A stretch of 64,000 bases of DNA from assembly GCA_029775855.1 (NCBI GenBank), contig JARVJZ010000001.1, positions 160,001-224,000 on the forward strand, given 5' to 3'. The position numbers and the translations under genes are program-made. Below, piece by piece: positions 29,424 to 38,204 of the stretch. Under the pieces are notes generated by a model. That model saw nothing but the letters and a program-made list of their open reading frames with translations. It did no database searches and was not told where the DNA came from. The stretch is from Nitrososphaeria archaeon. GTDB lineage: Archaea; Thermoproteota; Nitrososphaeria; Nitrososphaerales; JAAOZN01. Every line of letters starts with the position of its first letter. Position 1 is the first letter of the stretch.

Positions 29424-30995
29424 TTGTTAAACACTATTTGTGCGCGTATATGGCGTGGAATCTTGATTATGGAAAGAGGCAGAGAGGAACTCCGAGGATA
29501 TGAGCAGATAAATGAGAAGATTAAGCGTGGCGACGCTATCGTAATGACCGCTGAAGAATTCATCGAATTAGTCGAGCAGAGCGGCTTAGAGAAGGCTGCT
29601 AAAGAGGTAGATATAGTCACTACTGGCACATTTGGCGCAATGTGTAGTTCAGGCGCTTTCATGAACTTCGGGCACTCTGAACCACCTATAAAGATGATAA
29701 GATGTTGGCTCAACGATGTCCCAGCATACAAGGGTCTTGCTGCTGTAGATGCATATTTAGGTGCAGCAGCTATGAGTGAAACCAGACCGTTTGAATATGG
29801 CGGTGGTCATGTTATAGAGGATCTTGTGTCGGGTAAGGAAATTGAGCTGAGGGCTGAATCATACGGCACAGACTGCTACCCTAGACGTAGCCTAGAGACC
29901 ACTATCGTATTAGAGGATCTTAATCAAGCCTACCTATATAACCCTCGTAATGCTTACCAAAGGTATAACTCAGCCACTAACAGCTCAGACCGCATCCTCT
30001 ACACATACATGGGCACTCTTCTACCGAGATACGGCAACATAACATTCTCTGGTTCTGGGCAGCTAAGCCCGCTCTACAAAGATCTAGGCTTAGAAACCAT
30101 AGGTTTCGGAACACGAATATTCCTAGGAGGAGGAGTAGGTTATGTTGTAGGCGAGGGCACACAACATAAACCTCAAAGCGGATTTGCAACACTGGCTGTT
30201 AAAGGAGACTTAAAAGGTATGAGCCCAGAGTACCTTAAGGGCGCAGTCTTCCAAAACTATGGGACGACACTTTATGTTGGCATAGGCATACCCATACCCC
30301 TCATAAACATGCGTGTGGCGTCAACTGCGGCGCTAAAAGATGAAGACATCCCTGTGGATATACTCGATTACAGCATCCCATCTCGAGATAGACCTATAGT
30401 TAAGAAGAGCAACTATGCTGAGCTTAAGTCTGGAAGAGTACTAATAGGAGACAAAGAGGTGCCTTCATCACCTCTATCAAGCGTTAAAGTTGCCAGAAAG
30501 ATAGCTGAGGTGTTGAAGAAGCAAATCGAAAATAAAGAGTTCTTTCTTCAGCGACCTATAGAGTTGCTACCGAGCTACAGAGAGTTTAAACCTCTCAAGA
30601 TTAAGAAACGTGAAGTGACTGTCAGAGACCTAATGATGCCCCTCCAAGAGCTCATCTTAGCAAGCCCCGAGGACGAAGTAAAGAAGGTTGCCAGACTCAT
30701 CGTTGAAAAGAACATAGATCACATACCTATTATAAGTGAAGACGGTGTGTTGATAGGCATTGTAACGACTTGGGACCTAACTAAAGCTCTTGCTGAAGAC
30801 AAGCACAAACTAAAAGAAATAATGACAAGAACAGTTATAACAGCAAAAGAAGATGAAAGGGTTGACGAAGTTGCAAAGCGGATGGCTCAATACCACATCT
30901 CTGGGTTGCCAGTAGTCGATGATGTTATGCATGTAAAAGGGTTGATAACCTCAGATGATATTTCAAGAAAACTTGTAGGGAGGCGAGCTGCTTGA
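29424..30995 (+). CDS. L-aspartate semialdehyde sulfurtransferase (DUF39 + CBS pair; MA1821/MJ0100-like homocysteine biosynthesis protein)
   Basis: VTTGTFGAMCSSGA, GLAAVDAYLGA, YGGGHVIEDL, GTDCYPR, NPRNAYQ, two C-terminal CBS domains; likely start ATG 29469. Confidence 0.92.
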   Translation: MLNTICARIWRGILIMERGREELRGYEQINEKIKRGDAIVMTAEEFIELVEQSGLEKAAKEVDIVTTGTFGAMCSSGAFMNFGHSEPPIKMIRCWLNDVPAYKGLAAVDAYLGAAAMSETRPFEYGGGHVIEDLVSGKEIELRAESYGTDCYPRRSLETTIVLEDLNQAYLYNPRNAYQRYNSATNSSDRILYTYMGTLLPRYGNITFSGSGQLSPLYKDLGLETIGFGTRIFLGGGVGYVVGEGTQHKPQSGFATLAVKGDLKGMSPEYLKGAVFQNYGTTLYVGIGIPIPLINMRVASTAALKDEDIPVDILDYSIPSRDRPIVKKSNYAELKSGRVLIGDKEVPSSPLSSVKVARKIAEVLKKQIENKEFFLQRPIELLPSYREFKPLKIKKREVTVRDLMMPLQELILASPEDEVKKVARLIVEKNIDHIPIISEDGVLIGIVTTWDLTKALAEDKHKLKEIMTRTVITAKEDERVDEVAKRMAQYHISGLPVVDDVMHVKGLITSDDISRKLVGRRAA

Positions 30996-31381
30996 AGGTA
31001 AAACTACGCTACTCGCATGAAGTAGCCTCAAAACCCATTTTGGCTGAGATCATCTTGAAGACAGGATTGCTCATCAACATACTTGAAGCCAAACTCACAC
31101 CTAAAGAAGGTGAAATGGTTATAGATATAGCTACACAAGGCTCAGCTCTAAAGAATGCGCTACAACAACTTCGGTCATCCGGACTAGAGGTTATCGAGCT
31201 TAGAAGCTTAGTAGAAGTGGATAAAGGATTATGCATATCTTGCGGCGCATGCATCTCACCATGCCCCTCTAAAGCCATCAGCTTCGACGAAAATCTTGAC
31301 ATAGAGATAGATGCTAAAAGGTGTATAGGTTGTGGCATATGTGTAAAAGCTTGCCCACGAAGAGCTATCCAACTGATCTAA
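30992..31381 (+). CDS. NIL-domain 2x[4Fe-4S] ferredoxin (MA1822/MJ0099-like)
   Basis: INILEA NIL motif; CISCGACISPC and CIGCGICVKAC. Confidence 0.92.
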   Translation: MKVKLRYSHEVASKPILAEIILKTGLLINILEAKLTPKEGEMVIDIATQGSALKNALQQLRSSGLEVIELRSLVEVDKGLCISCGACISPCPSKAISFDENLDIEIDAKRCIGCGICVKACPRRAIQLI

Positions 31382-32190
31382 ATGGAGAAATAGCCCCGCC
31401 GAGGATATACCAAATATATCAAAGAGGACTGTATCGAGCAAAGGCAAGAATCAAAGAATCGAACCTAAATGTAATATCAGATAAAGAAGAAGCTATAAAC
31501 ATAGCCATACAAACTATCTACAACCAGAGAATACTACTTGAAGACTACATAAGAAAAGACCTAAGATTCAGATACGCGCTCAAACCAATAAGCCCAATAG
31601 AAGACGCGCCAGAAGCGGCGAAATTAGCTTGCAGGGCAGCAGAAGAAGCAGAAGTAGGGCCTATGGCTGCTTTACCCGGTGCTTTAGCCGATTTGGCGGT
31701 TAAAAGCATGGCTAAGATTGGATGCAGAGTGAAAGTTGTAGAGAATGGTGGTGAAGTATCAGCTGCTACGGATAGGGAGATTTGTGTGGCTTTGTATGCG
31801 GGCAACTCTCCTATTAGTTCTAAGATAGGCTTTGTGCTTGAAGCTAGCTGTTTAATGGCTGGGTTGGCTACCAGCTCAGCGACTATCAGTCATGCGATTA
31901 GTTTTGGCGAAGCTGACGCGGCTGTTGTTTACGCTGAAGGCGCTGCTTTAGCTGATGCTGCTGCTACAAGGATATGTAATGTGGTTAGAGGTGATGACGA
32001 AGCTGCGGTGCAGAAGGGGCTTGAGGAAGCAGATAAAATAGACCACATTTACGGCGTGTTTATCGTAAAAGGTAGATATGTTGGCAGAAAGGGCAGGCTT
32101 CCAAAAATAGTCAAGATACGAAACCTAGATATAAATAGACAAATACACCTTCAGTTCCATACTGCAGTCTCGCTCGAAAGATATTTTTAG
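31351..32190 (+). CDS. UPF0280 / ApbE-like protein (COG2122, MA1715-like)
   Basis: IKESNL, VGPMAALPGALAD, ENGGE, TSSATISHAISFGEADA, ADAAAT; start uncertain (TTG 31351 or upstream). Confidence 0.88.
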   Translation: MPTKSYPTDLNGEIAPPRIYQIYQRGLYRAKARIKESNLNVISDKEEAINIAIQTIYNQRILLEDYIRKDLRFRYALKPISPIEDAPEAAKLACRAAEEAEVGPMAALPGALADLAVKSMAKIGCRVKVVENGGEVSAATDREICVALYAGNSPISSKIGFVLEASCLMAGLATSSATISHAISFGEADAAVVYAEGAALADAAATRICNVVRGDDEAAVQKGLEEADKIDHIYGVFIVKGRYVGRKGRLPKIVKIRNLDINRQIHLQFHTAVSLERYF

Positions 32191-32216
32191 CGGCTAAATC
32201 AATTAAAAGAGGTAAA

Positions 32217-32834
32217 ATGGAGAACTTGATAGATGCAGACACCTTAAGTAGAATAGAATCTAGGCTTAAAGAGATAGAGGAGCGACGGGAAAAGATCTTG
32301 AGAGATATGCGCTCAATAACACTTAACGCATCTAAAGCCATCATAAATGTGCACGCTGGAAGGAAGAAGGATGCTGAACAACTACTAAAAGAATCAAAAA
32401 AAGTTCTACTCAAAACCTCTAAGATTGCTGGTAATGATCTCCAAAAATACTTAACCCAACCAGCAGCAGAATATGTCGAAGCATCGATAACCGTAGCAGT
32501 ATCAAAGAAGAAGCAGGCGCCAACACAAGAAGAGCTGGGCGTAGAAGATATCCCCTATCTACTGGGCATCTTAGATGCGGTTGGAGAAATCAAAAGAATG
32601 GTCTATGACCGCTTAAGGGAGGGTAAGGTAAAAGAAGCCATAAGGCTCTTCAGAGCGATGGAGAACGTCTACGCTTCACTAACACCCTTCGCGGCATACG
32701 ACCACATCGTCCAAGGAATCAGAAGAAAGATAGACATCGCCAGAGTGCTTATCGAAGACACAAGAGCCATTGTGACAGAGGAATTAAGACGCAGTGCGCT
32801 CATAAAAGACTTGCAGAAAACACTTCGAGTGTGA
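32217..32834 (+). CDS. translin/Trax-family RNA-binding protein/nuclease
   Basis: RREKIL, EYVEA, YLLGILDAVGEIKR, RRKIDIAR. Confidence 0.88.
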   Translation: MENLIDADTLSRIESRLKEIEERREKILRDMRSITLNASKAIINVHAGRKKDAEQLLKESKKVLLKTSKIAGNDLQKYLTQPAAEYVEASITVAVSKKKQAPTQEELGVEDIPYLLGILDAVGEIKRMVYDRLREGKVKEAIRLFRAMENVYASLTPFAAYDHIVQGIRRKIDIARVLIEDTRAIVTEELRRSALIKDLQKTLRV

Positions 32835-33463
32835 GGATGATCTTAGAACCTACACCAGATCAAATAATCTTCTACCAGATAATACAAACCGCTCTCGCGA
32901 AGCTTTATAGAGCGGGTAAAGAACCAAACATAAAAAAGGTCTGTGGACTCGACGTAGCATACCGAAACGAAACAGCAACGGCAGCAGCAGTCATCTTACA
33001 AATTGGCAAAGGGGTAGTTGAAAAAAGCATAGTCAAAGGTCGTTCTCAATTTCCATACATACCTACACTACTTTACGCTAGAGAAGCCCCCCTCTTACTA
33101 GCTGCATACAAAAATCTAAAAACAACACCCGACCTAATTGTCGTGGACGGCCACGGTATAGCGCATCCACGAAAAGCGGGTTTAGCAACGATAATAGGGA
33201 TCTTACTAGATAAGCCAACAATAGGTGTAGCCAAAAGGCTGTTGGTTGGTGAAGTTAAAGAGAGTAATAAAGTATTAGCAAGAATATTTTACAAGAGTAG
33301 ATGTGTAGGCTATCGCGTCAAACCAGAAGGAAGTAAAGCCTTCTATATTAGCCCAGGGTATAAAATAGGATTAAATGGTGTAAAAAGAATAATTCAACTA
33401 CTAGGCTTACGATACCCTGTTGTGTTGAAAGAGGCGGATAGGATTGCACGGTGCTGGAGTTAA
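32831..33463 (+). CDS. nfi: endonuclease V
   Basis: GLDVAY, FPYIPTLLYARE, VDGHGIAHPRKAGLA, PTIGVAK. Confidence 0.93.
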   Translation: MRMILEPTPDQIIFYQIIQTALAKLYRAGKEPNIKKVCGLDVAYRNETATAAAVILQIGKGVVEKSIVKGRSQFPYIPTLLYAREAPLLLAAYKNLKTTPDLIVVDGHGIAHPRKAGLATIIGILLDKPTIGVAKRLLVGEVKESNKVLARIFYKSRCVGYRVKPEGSKAFYISPGYKIGLNGVKRIIQLLGLRYPVVLKEADRIARCWS

Positions 33464-34163
33464 ACAGTCAAAGATTAAACCAGCCCTCATACCAGCGCTA
33501 ATAGAGCTACTCATGCTGGGCGCAAAGGATGAACCTGTCAAAATCTCAACGACCGAAATAGCCAAGAGAATAGGGCGTTCACAGCAGTCGGCATCAAATC
33601 ATCTGCTTGAATTAGAAAGAGAAGGATATGTGGAGCGAATAAGGGTTAAAGGAGGCTACGGAATACGGTTAAGCGAAAAAGGTGTTCAAGCCCTAGCCGA
33701 AATCTACCATAAGTTGAAGCAAGCATTAGAAACGCTACCAGAATCAATAACCTTGAAAGGTAGAGTCTTTACAGGAATCGGAGAGGGAGCCTACTATGTC
33801 TCATTAAAAGGCTATCGAAAACAGTTCCTAGCAAAACTAGGCTTCGACCCCTACCCAGGCACACTAAACATCAGGCTTTCAACCACTTTGGATAGGCGTT
33901 TAAGAAGGGAGTTAGAGCATTACCGAGGTATACGAATTCACGAATTTGAAGATGGGCAAAGGACGTTTGGAGGCGCTAGATGTTTTCGTGCTGTGCTAAA
34001 CGATGTGGTAGAAGGAGCGGTGTTAGCTATAGACCGCACACATTACGATGATACTGTAGTTGAGTTTATAGCGCCTGTGAATGTGAGAGAGAGGCTTGGG
34101 TTAAAGGACGGTGCTGAAGTAAGTCTTAACATCCGTTTGACTGAAGATGATTCAAACCACTAG
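33444..34163 (+). CDS. ribK: CTP-dependent riboflavin kinase with N-terminal wHTH (RibK/RbkR)
   Basis: SQQSAS HTH; GIGEGAYYV, LGFDPYPGTLN, RTFGG, RTHY. Confidence 0.93.
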   Translation: MHGAGVKQSKIKPALIPALIELLMLGAKDEPVKISTTEIAKRIGRSQQSASNHLLELEREGYVERIRVKGGYGIRLSEKGVQALAEIYHKLKQALETLPESITLKGRVFTGIGEGAYYVSLKGYRKQFLAKLGFDPYPGTLNIRLSTTLDRRLRRELEHYRGIRIHEFEDGQRTFGGARCFRAVLNDVVEGAVLAIDRTHYDDTVVEFIAPVNVRERLGLKDGAEVSLNIRLTEDDSNH

Positions 34164-34786
34164 AAGTCCTCTAACACATCTCTACTCCTTAGTATTGTAG
34201 ATGTCTTTATAGTGGGTTTGGGTGAATCTAGTCTAACTACCTCTAATTTTATACCACGCTTCACACTTTCACGCAGCAAATCCTCTTCTTTATGCTTCTG
34301 ATCATAACCTATAGCTATAACATCTGGTCGTATAGACTCAACGACCTCAAAGATATTTGACTCACTGCCAAGAAGCGCTAGGTCAACATACCTAATCGAC
34401 GAAACGAGTTCCAGTCTTTCAGATTCACTATTTAGAGGCATATGCCCTTTATTCGCTAAAACCGTCTTATCTCTTGCCACAGAAACTATGAGCACATCCC
34501 CCAAGGCCTTAGATGACTTAAGTGTATAGATATGTCCAGGGTGTATAACATCGAATACACCGCCGGCTAAGATAACCTTCAGCCTACCTCTACCTCTTTC
34601 GGTCAAAGAATATGTGTCGCCGCCTTTCTTAACCAATCCACGTTTAACAGCTTCTTTAAGCACGCTCCTTAATGTAGCCGTGTTAAATGGTAGTGTAGAT
34701 AGCAGATCTTCAAATCTAACCATCCCATGCTTCACTTGCAGTATGAAGGTCTTCGCTAAAACCTCCTTCATCTGCCTACTTACCAA
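34160..34786 (-). CDS. ribL: FAD synthase (cytidylyltransferase family) with N-terminal wHTH
   Basis: AGGVFDVIHPGH, VARD, PDVIAIGYDQ; N-terminal ~68 aa wHTH (GLVKK..YSLTERG). Confidence 0.88.
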   Translation of the reverse strand: MVSRQMKEVLAKTFILQVKHGMVRFEDLLSTLPFNTATLRSVLKEAVKRGLVKKGGDTYSLTERGRGRLKVILAGGVFDVIHPGHIYTLKSSKALGDVLIVSVARDKTVLANKGHMPLNSESERLELVSSIRYVDLALLGSESNIFEVVESIRPDVIAIGYDQKHKEEDLLRESVKRGIKLEVVRLDSPKPTIKTSTILRSRDVLEDF

Positions 34787-35853
34787 GGCACATCCACCAA
34801 ACCTAGGAAGCGAAGTGAATCTAGAAGCCCCTCTGCGTACCCTATGCTCAATATGGCAAGCTCAGACTTCCCCTCATTTAAAAACCTCAGTGCATCGCTA
34901 CTGTAGCAGTCAACATTCTCCAGCAGATCAAGCATATTAATCTGCCCTCTTCTCTCATCCAACATTCTCCTAACCTTAGCTAACGTCGCACGAGTCTTCT
35001 CTACATACTTAGGTACTAAAAGGTTAGCCTTGCTCTTTACATATAGCGTGTTATTAACCTTACTGCACTCACTACACTTAAATAGCGTCTCCAAGGCTTC
35101 AACTTCAGTAAAATGTAGATCAGCGGGGATAACTATGCTAAACGGCGGTTCACCATAATCCTCATCAAGCACCTCTCTAAGCAGAGCCAATTTTACAAGT
35201 TGATTTCTTTGGCTAAGCCTCGCAACCACGATGACAAAAAGGTTTTCGTTAAACACACCTAACCTCAAATCTTCATCCGCCTCCTTTAACATCTTTAAAG
35301 CGCTGTTTGGTGTTAAGGCATGCTTTGGCGTCCACTCCAGGAGCAGAAGGGTATGCAGCCCTCTAAGTAGGTTCCAGTAGACCGTGTCGAGCACCGTGTT
35401 GAGAGCCGGCTTAGAAGTGGTTACCGTTACCATCTTTCCAAATTTGTATTGATGAAGACCGAGCTCTCCAGATATACAGCCTACTATAGATACCCCGTGG
35501 ATTATGCGGGTCTCTAAACCCTCTTTTACAGCTCTTACACGAAGCTCTTGATGTGTAGTAGCAACCATAGGATCTCCGGAGCATGTTAATGCAACATCCC
35601 CATCTCTAGCTTCACTAAGAATCCTCCTACCATCCTCCACAACCTCCCTTGACACCTCGACAACATCCCGACCGAGAAAATCGCCTAACTCCTTAGAGGA
35701 CGGTGCAGATGGGTTTGTGTAGCGCTCAAGATACACAACCCTACAACTCTTAAGAACCCTATAACCCTCTAGCGAAAGCCCGTCAACCCCGCTTAAACCC
35801 AAGCCAACAAAGTAAAGCGTCAAAACACTCTCTCCAACACGAATATCATACAA
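34780..35853 (-). CDS. dph5: diphthine synthase Dph5 fused to C-terminal DUF357
   Basis: LYFVGLG, GDPMVATTH, YKFGK, GLHTLLLL, LHFTE; C-terminal YSSDALRF..YAEGLLD (DUF357). Confidence 0.92.
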   Translation of the reverse strand: MYDIRVGESVLTLYFVGLGLSGVDGLSLEGYRVLKSCRVVYLERYTNPSAPSSKELGDFLGRDVVEVSREVVEDGRRILSEARDGDVALTCSGDPMVATTHQELRVRAVKEGLETRIIHGVSIVGCISGELGLHQYKFGKMVTVTTSKPALNTVLDTVYWNLLRGLHTLLLLEWTPKHALTPNSALKMLKEADEDLRLGVFNENLFVIVVARLSQRNQLVKLALLREVLDEDYGEPPFSIVIPADLHFTEVEALETLFKCSECSKVNNTLYVKSKANLLVPKYVEKTRATLAKVRRMLDERRGQINMLDLLENVDCYSSDALRFLNEGKSELAILSIGYAEGLLDSLRFLGLVDVPW

Positions 35854-35940
35854 CCATATAATAACATTAAGAGCGATAGGATGAGTATAAACGAAAACAA
35901 ATCAATTTAAATAGGAAACCTAAAGCACCAGATGATAGAA

Positions 35941-36047
35941 GGGCCTGTGGCTCAGCCAGGTAGAGCGGCTGGCTCTTACGGACGACGTATCCTGCCTTGA
36001 ACGGGGAAACCAGTAGGTCGTGGGTTCAAATCCCACCAGGCCCGCCA
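35941..36047 (+). tRNA. tRNA-Lys(CTT) with a 30-nt canonical 37/38 intron (35979-36008), genome-encoded CCA
   Basis: GGGCCTG/CAGGCCC acceptor stem, GCTGG-CTCTTA^A-CCAGT anticodon arm, CTCT/GGGG central helix with TAC/AAA bulges. Confidence 0.9.
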
Positions 36048-36088
36048 AATAGTGTCTTAACAAGGGTGAATGTTAAAACTTCAGCTCC

Positions 36089-36106
36089 TATGTTAGTTCT
36101 AACATA
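36089..36106. terminator. hairpin/inverted repeat TATGTTAG-TT-CTAACATA between convergent tRNA-Lys and the AbrB-like gene
   Basis: Perfect 8-bp arms located at the convergence point; function inferred only. Confidence 0.35.
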
Positions 36107-36109
36107 AGG

Positions 36110-36694
36110 CTATATAACCCACTTGTAAGATATTTTGGTAGGGCTGTGCTTTTGGGCTTGTGCTACTATCGAAGGGTCTACTCCTTCTAGGTTTACAGTT
36201 TCTTCCACAATCTCTAAATTGTTTACAGTGTAGCCTTTGGCTTCTGCTAGCCTTTTAAGCTCATCCATAACCATTCGCAGCTCTCTTCCGCTTCTCGGTC
36301 TAAAGCCGTTTTTTAATATTGACCCTAGGTAAATCTTAACTTCAATACCCTCTTTAACCTTCTTAATTTCATGGTCTGTTGCTGCATATCTATGAATTAA
36401 CTCCTCTATAAACGGTAGCTTTTCATCTTTGGCTGAAGGGTGTGTGAATACGCACTTTATGGCTGTGACCCTTTCGGAGCAGCTGAAGAAACCTAAATGT
36501 ATGAGTAGGGCTCCTTCTAGCATCATGCCGATTTTAACCGCACCAACAATCCTTACAGGTTGATCTTCTGAAATGAGCATTCTTCGCGTTAACTCTGGAG
36601 GCACCGTTATCACTAAGCTGTTACCGCTTCTCCTCACTGTAGCGTCAAAGTAAATTGGATCATATACCCAGCTCGTCTGCTCTGCCATGCGCAT
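36110..36694 (-). CDS. AbrB/MazE-type DNA-binding domain protein with extended C-terminal domain
   Basis: VRRSGNSLVITVPPEL swapped-hairpin motif followed by ~140 aa unassigned alpha/beta region. Confidence 0.7.
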   Translation of the reverse strand: MRMAEQTSWVYDPIYFDATVRRSGNSLVITVPPELTRRMLISEDQPVRIVGAVKIGMMLEGALLIHLGFFSCSERVTAIKCVFTHPSAKDEKLPFIEELIHRYAATDHEIKKVKEGIEVKIYLGSILKNGFRPRSGRELRMVMDELKRLAEAKGYTVNNLEIVEETVNLEGVDPSIVAQAQKHSPTKISYKWVI

Positions 36695-37184
36695 TTAAGG
36701 TATCATTAGAAGACATAAATAATTTTGCTGTATTACATACCTTAAGATAGTCTTCTTCGCCTATCTTCACTATGCCGCCTTGAAGGTACACAAATGGCTT
36801 CTGACTATTTTTGATGAAGGTTAAGTTGCCGTGTATACTCTTAAAAGGTAAAGGTTTAGGCCAAACTTCAATATCCGCTAGGTCAACTATGTAGCTATAT
36901 TTATCTAACAATGCCAGACACAATCTCCTCTCAACATCAGACACAAGGTAGGGGTTTGAATCTATAACACCACATCCAGTAAATAATGCTGGTCGATTCT
37001 TCTTTTTACTGCTTACGTAGAAGATGACCTTATCCCCTTTACTCAACTTTCTTTTATGCGCTACATATCTAGTCAGCCCCCAAAGCCTCTTCTTCACCCT
37101 ATCTTCAAATATAGTAAAGGCGTCGATAACAGCCCCACCACAAATATGATCCTTCGCAACAAAGATGTAGTGGTTTACCATCAA
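36660..37184 (-). CDS. EVE-domain (PUA-like) protein
   Basis: LWGL, LSKGDKVIFYV, FTGCGVIDSNPY, LTFIKN, LQGGIVKIGEEDY pattern. Confidence 0.75.
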   Translation of the reverse strand: MMVNHYIFVAKDHICGGAVIDAFTIFEDRVKKRLWGLTRYVAHKRKLSKGDKVIFYVSSKKKNRPALFTGCGVIDSNPYLVSDVERRLCLALLDKYSYIVDLADIEVWPKPLPFKSIHGNLTFIKNSQKPFVYLQGGIVKIGEEDYLKVCNTAKLFMSSNDTLNAHGRADELGI

Positions 37185-37528
37185 CTCTTAACAGAATCTT
37201 CTTCTAAATTAAGTTGACGGATAATACTCTTATCTAAAGCTAATTTTGCTAAACGCTCAAGAGGATTCTTAATCCACAAAAGCCCCGCCACAAAGACCCC
37301 GCTCGTAAAGAAATCCAACCAACCATAAATCCAAGTCAAATCAAAGATGTAAAGTATTATTAATATGCTTGGTCTGAGGGTTAGTAATAGGGAACCTACT
37401 AGAAAAAGGTTCAAGCCACGACTCAGAGCAGAGCCTCTAAAAAGTCTGTTAAAGAAAAAAAATGAGGTAAGGAGGAGTAGAGCGAGTACACCTGAAGCCG
37501 CTTGCACCAATATATCACTCAACTGCAA
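37181..37528 (-). CDS. small membrane protein (~3 TM helices)
   Basis: Three hydrophobic segments; stop overlaps the EVE gene start (ATGA). Confidence 0.65.
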   Translation of the reverse strand: MQLSDILVQAASGVLALLLLTSFFFFNRLFRGSALSRGLNLFLVGSLLLTLRPSILIILYIFDLTWIYGWLDFFTSGVFVAGLLWIKNPLERLAKLALDKSIIRQLNLEEDSVKS

Positions 37529-37552
37529 CTCTACATCCTCCTTTCTAAGTCT

Positions 37553-38140
37553 TCACCCGAGGAACATGACAGGCTCCAGAGCAGGCGGAAGTCGTCTAGA
37601 TAATGTAAGCACCGCACCTTTAGGAGGCTTAAGTTCTATCTTAAACTCAGCATTCGCTCGAAGTTCGTCGTCAACTCCATCATTCTTTAAATTAATGAAG
37701 ACCCTATACTTGTCTCCATATTTAAGGTACATGTCGGTATCAGATGTAAAGACCGGTGTTACAGTAGCTTTAGTTCCATCATAGATGTTGTCTTCATGCT
37801 TGTTTGCGCTTGTCCACGTTATTGCGAGCTTACCTTGAGTTAGATCTACTGGGGACTTGCCTGCTGAAAGTTTTATGATGAAGCTAACGTTATGTAGATA
37901 GGTGGTGTTGCTTTTAGCTATTACAGCTCCATCTATCTCCATAACTGATGATGCTTCTTCTATGCCTGCCGCTATGACTTCTTGGCTCTTTTGTGTTGAT
38001 TGAAATCCTATGTTCAGCACCGTAAAGGCAAATGCTGAGGCGACGATAACGAAGGCGATGAGGATTATTGCTGTCTCTAGACCAGTTAGCCCCTTACGTC
38101 TATGGTTGCATCCCTCTTTTTTAGAGCTTGCTCGCATCAT
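37553..38140 (-). CDS. arlB: archaellin
   Basis: Class III signal peptide RRKG|LTGLETAIILIAFVIVASAFAFTVL; GKSPVDL; FKIELKPPKGAVL. Confidence 0.95.
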   Translation of the reverse strand: MMRASSKKEGCNHRRKGLTGLETAIILIAFVIVASAFAFTVLNIGFQSTQKSQEVIAAGIEEASSVMEIDGAVIAKSNTTYLHNVSFIIKLSAGKSPVDLTQGKLAITWTSANKHEDNIYDGTKATVTPVFTSDTDMYLKYGDKYRVFINLKNDGVDDELRANAEFKIELKPPKGAVLTLSRRLPPALEPVMFLG

Positions 38141-38173
38141 ATCGGTCGGTTGTAGTATAGATATACCATATAA

Positions 38174-38202
38174 ATAAGTTTTATGTCGTATTTAAAACTT
38201 AT
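38174..38202. promoter_or_regulatory. inverted repeat ATAAGTTTTA-N9-TAAAACTTAT in the divergent arlB / V4R-arl promoter region
   Basis: Perfect 10-bp arms at 38174-38183 and 38193-38202, extending 3 more bp after one mismatch. Confidence 0.55.
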
Positions 38203-38204
38203 AT

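Noticed and set aside
31321-31430. Frameshift or pseudogenization at the UPF0280 start (nearby ATG 31382 is out of frame)
   Set aside because: An in-frame TTG at 31351 overlapping the ferredoxin gene gives an intact ORF; TTG starts are common here
31381-32030. Alternating A-rich and G/T-rich patches inside genes
   Set aside because: Seen throughout the window in ordinary housekeeping genes, without repeats or boundaries; treated as a genome-wide compositional trait and not quantifiable by eye
35979-36008. Nested second intron within the tRNA-Lys intron (TACG/CGTA pairing)
   Set aside because: Enclosed loop is only 5 nt, too short for a BHB-spliced intron
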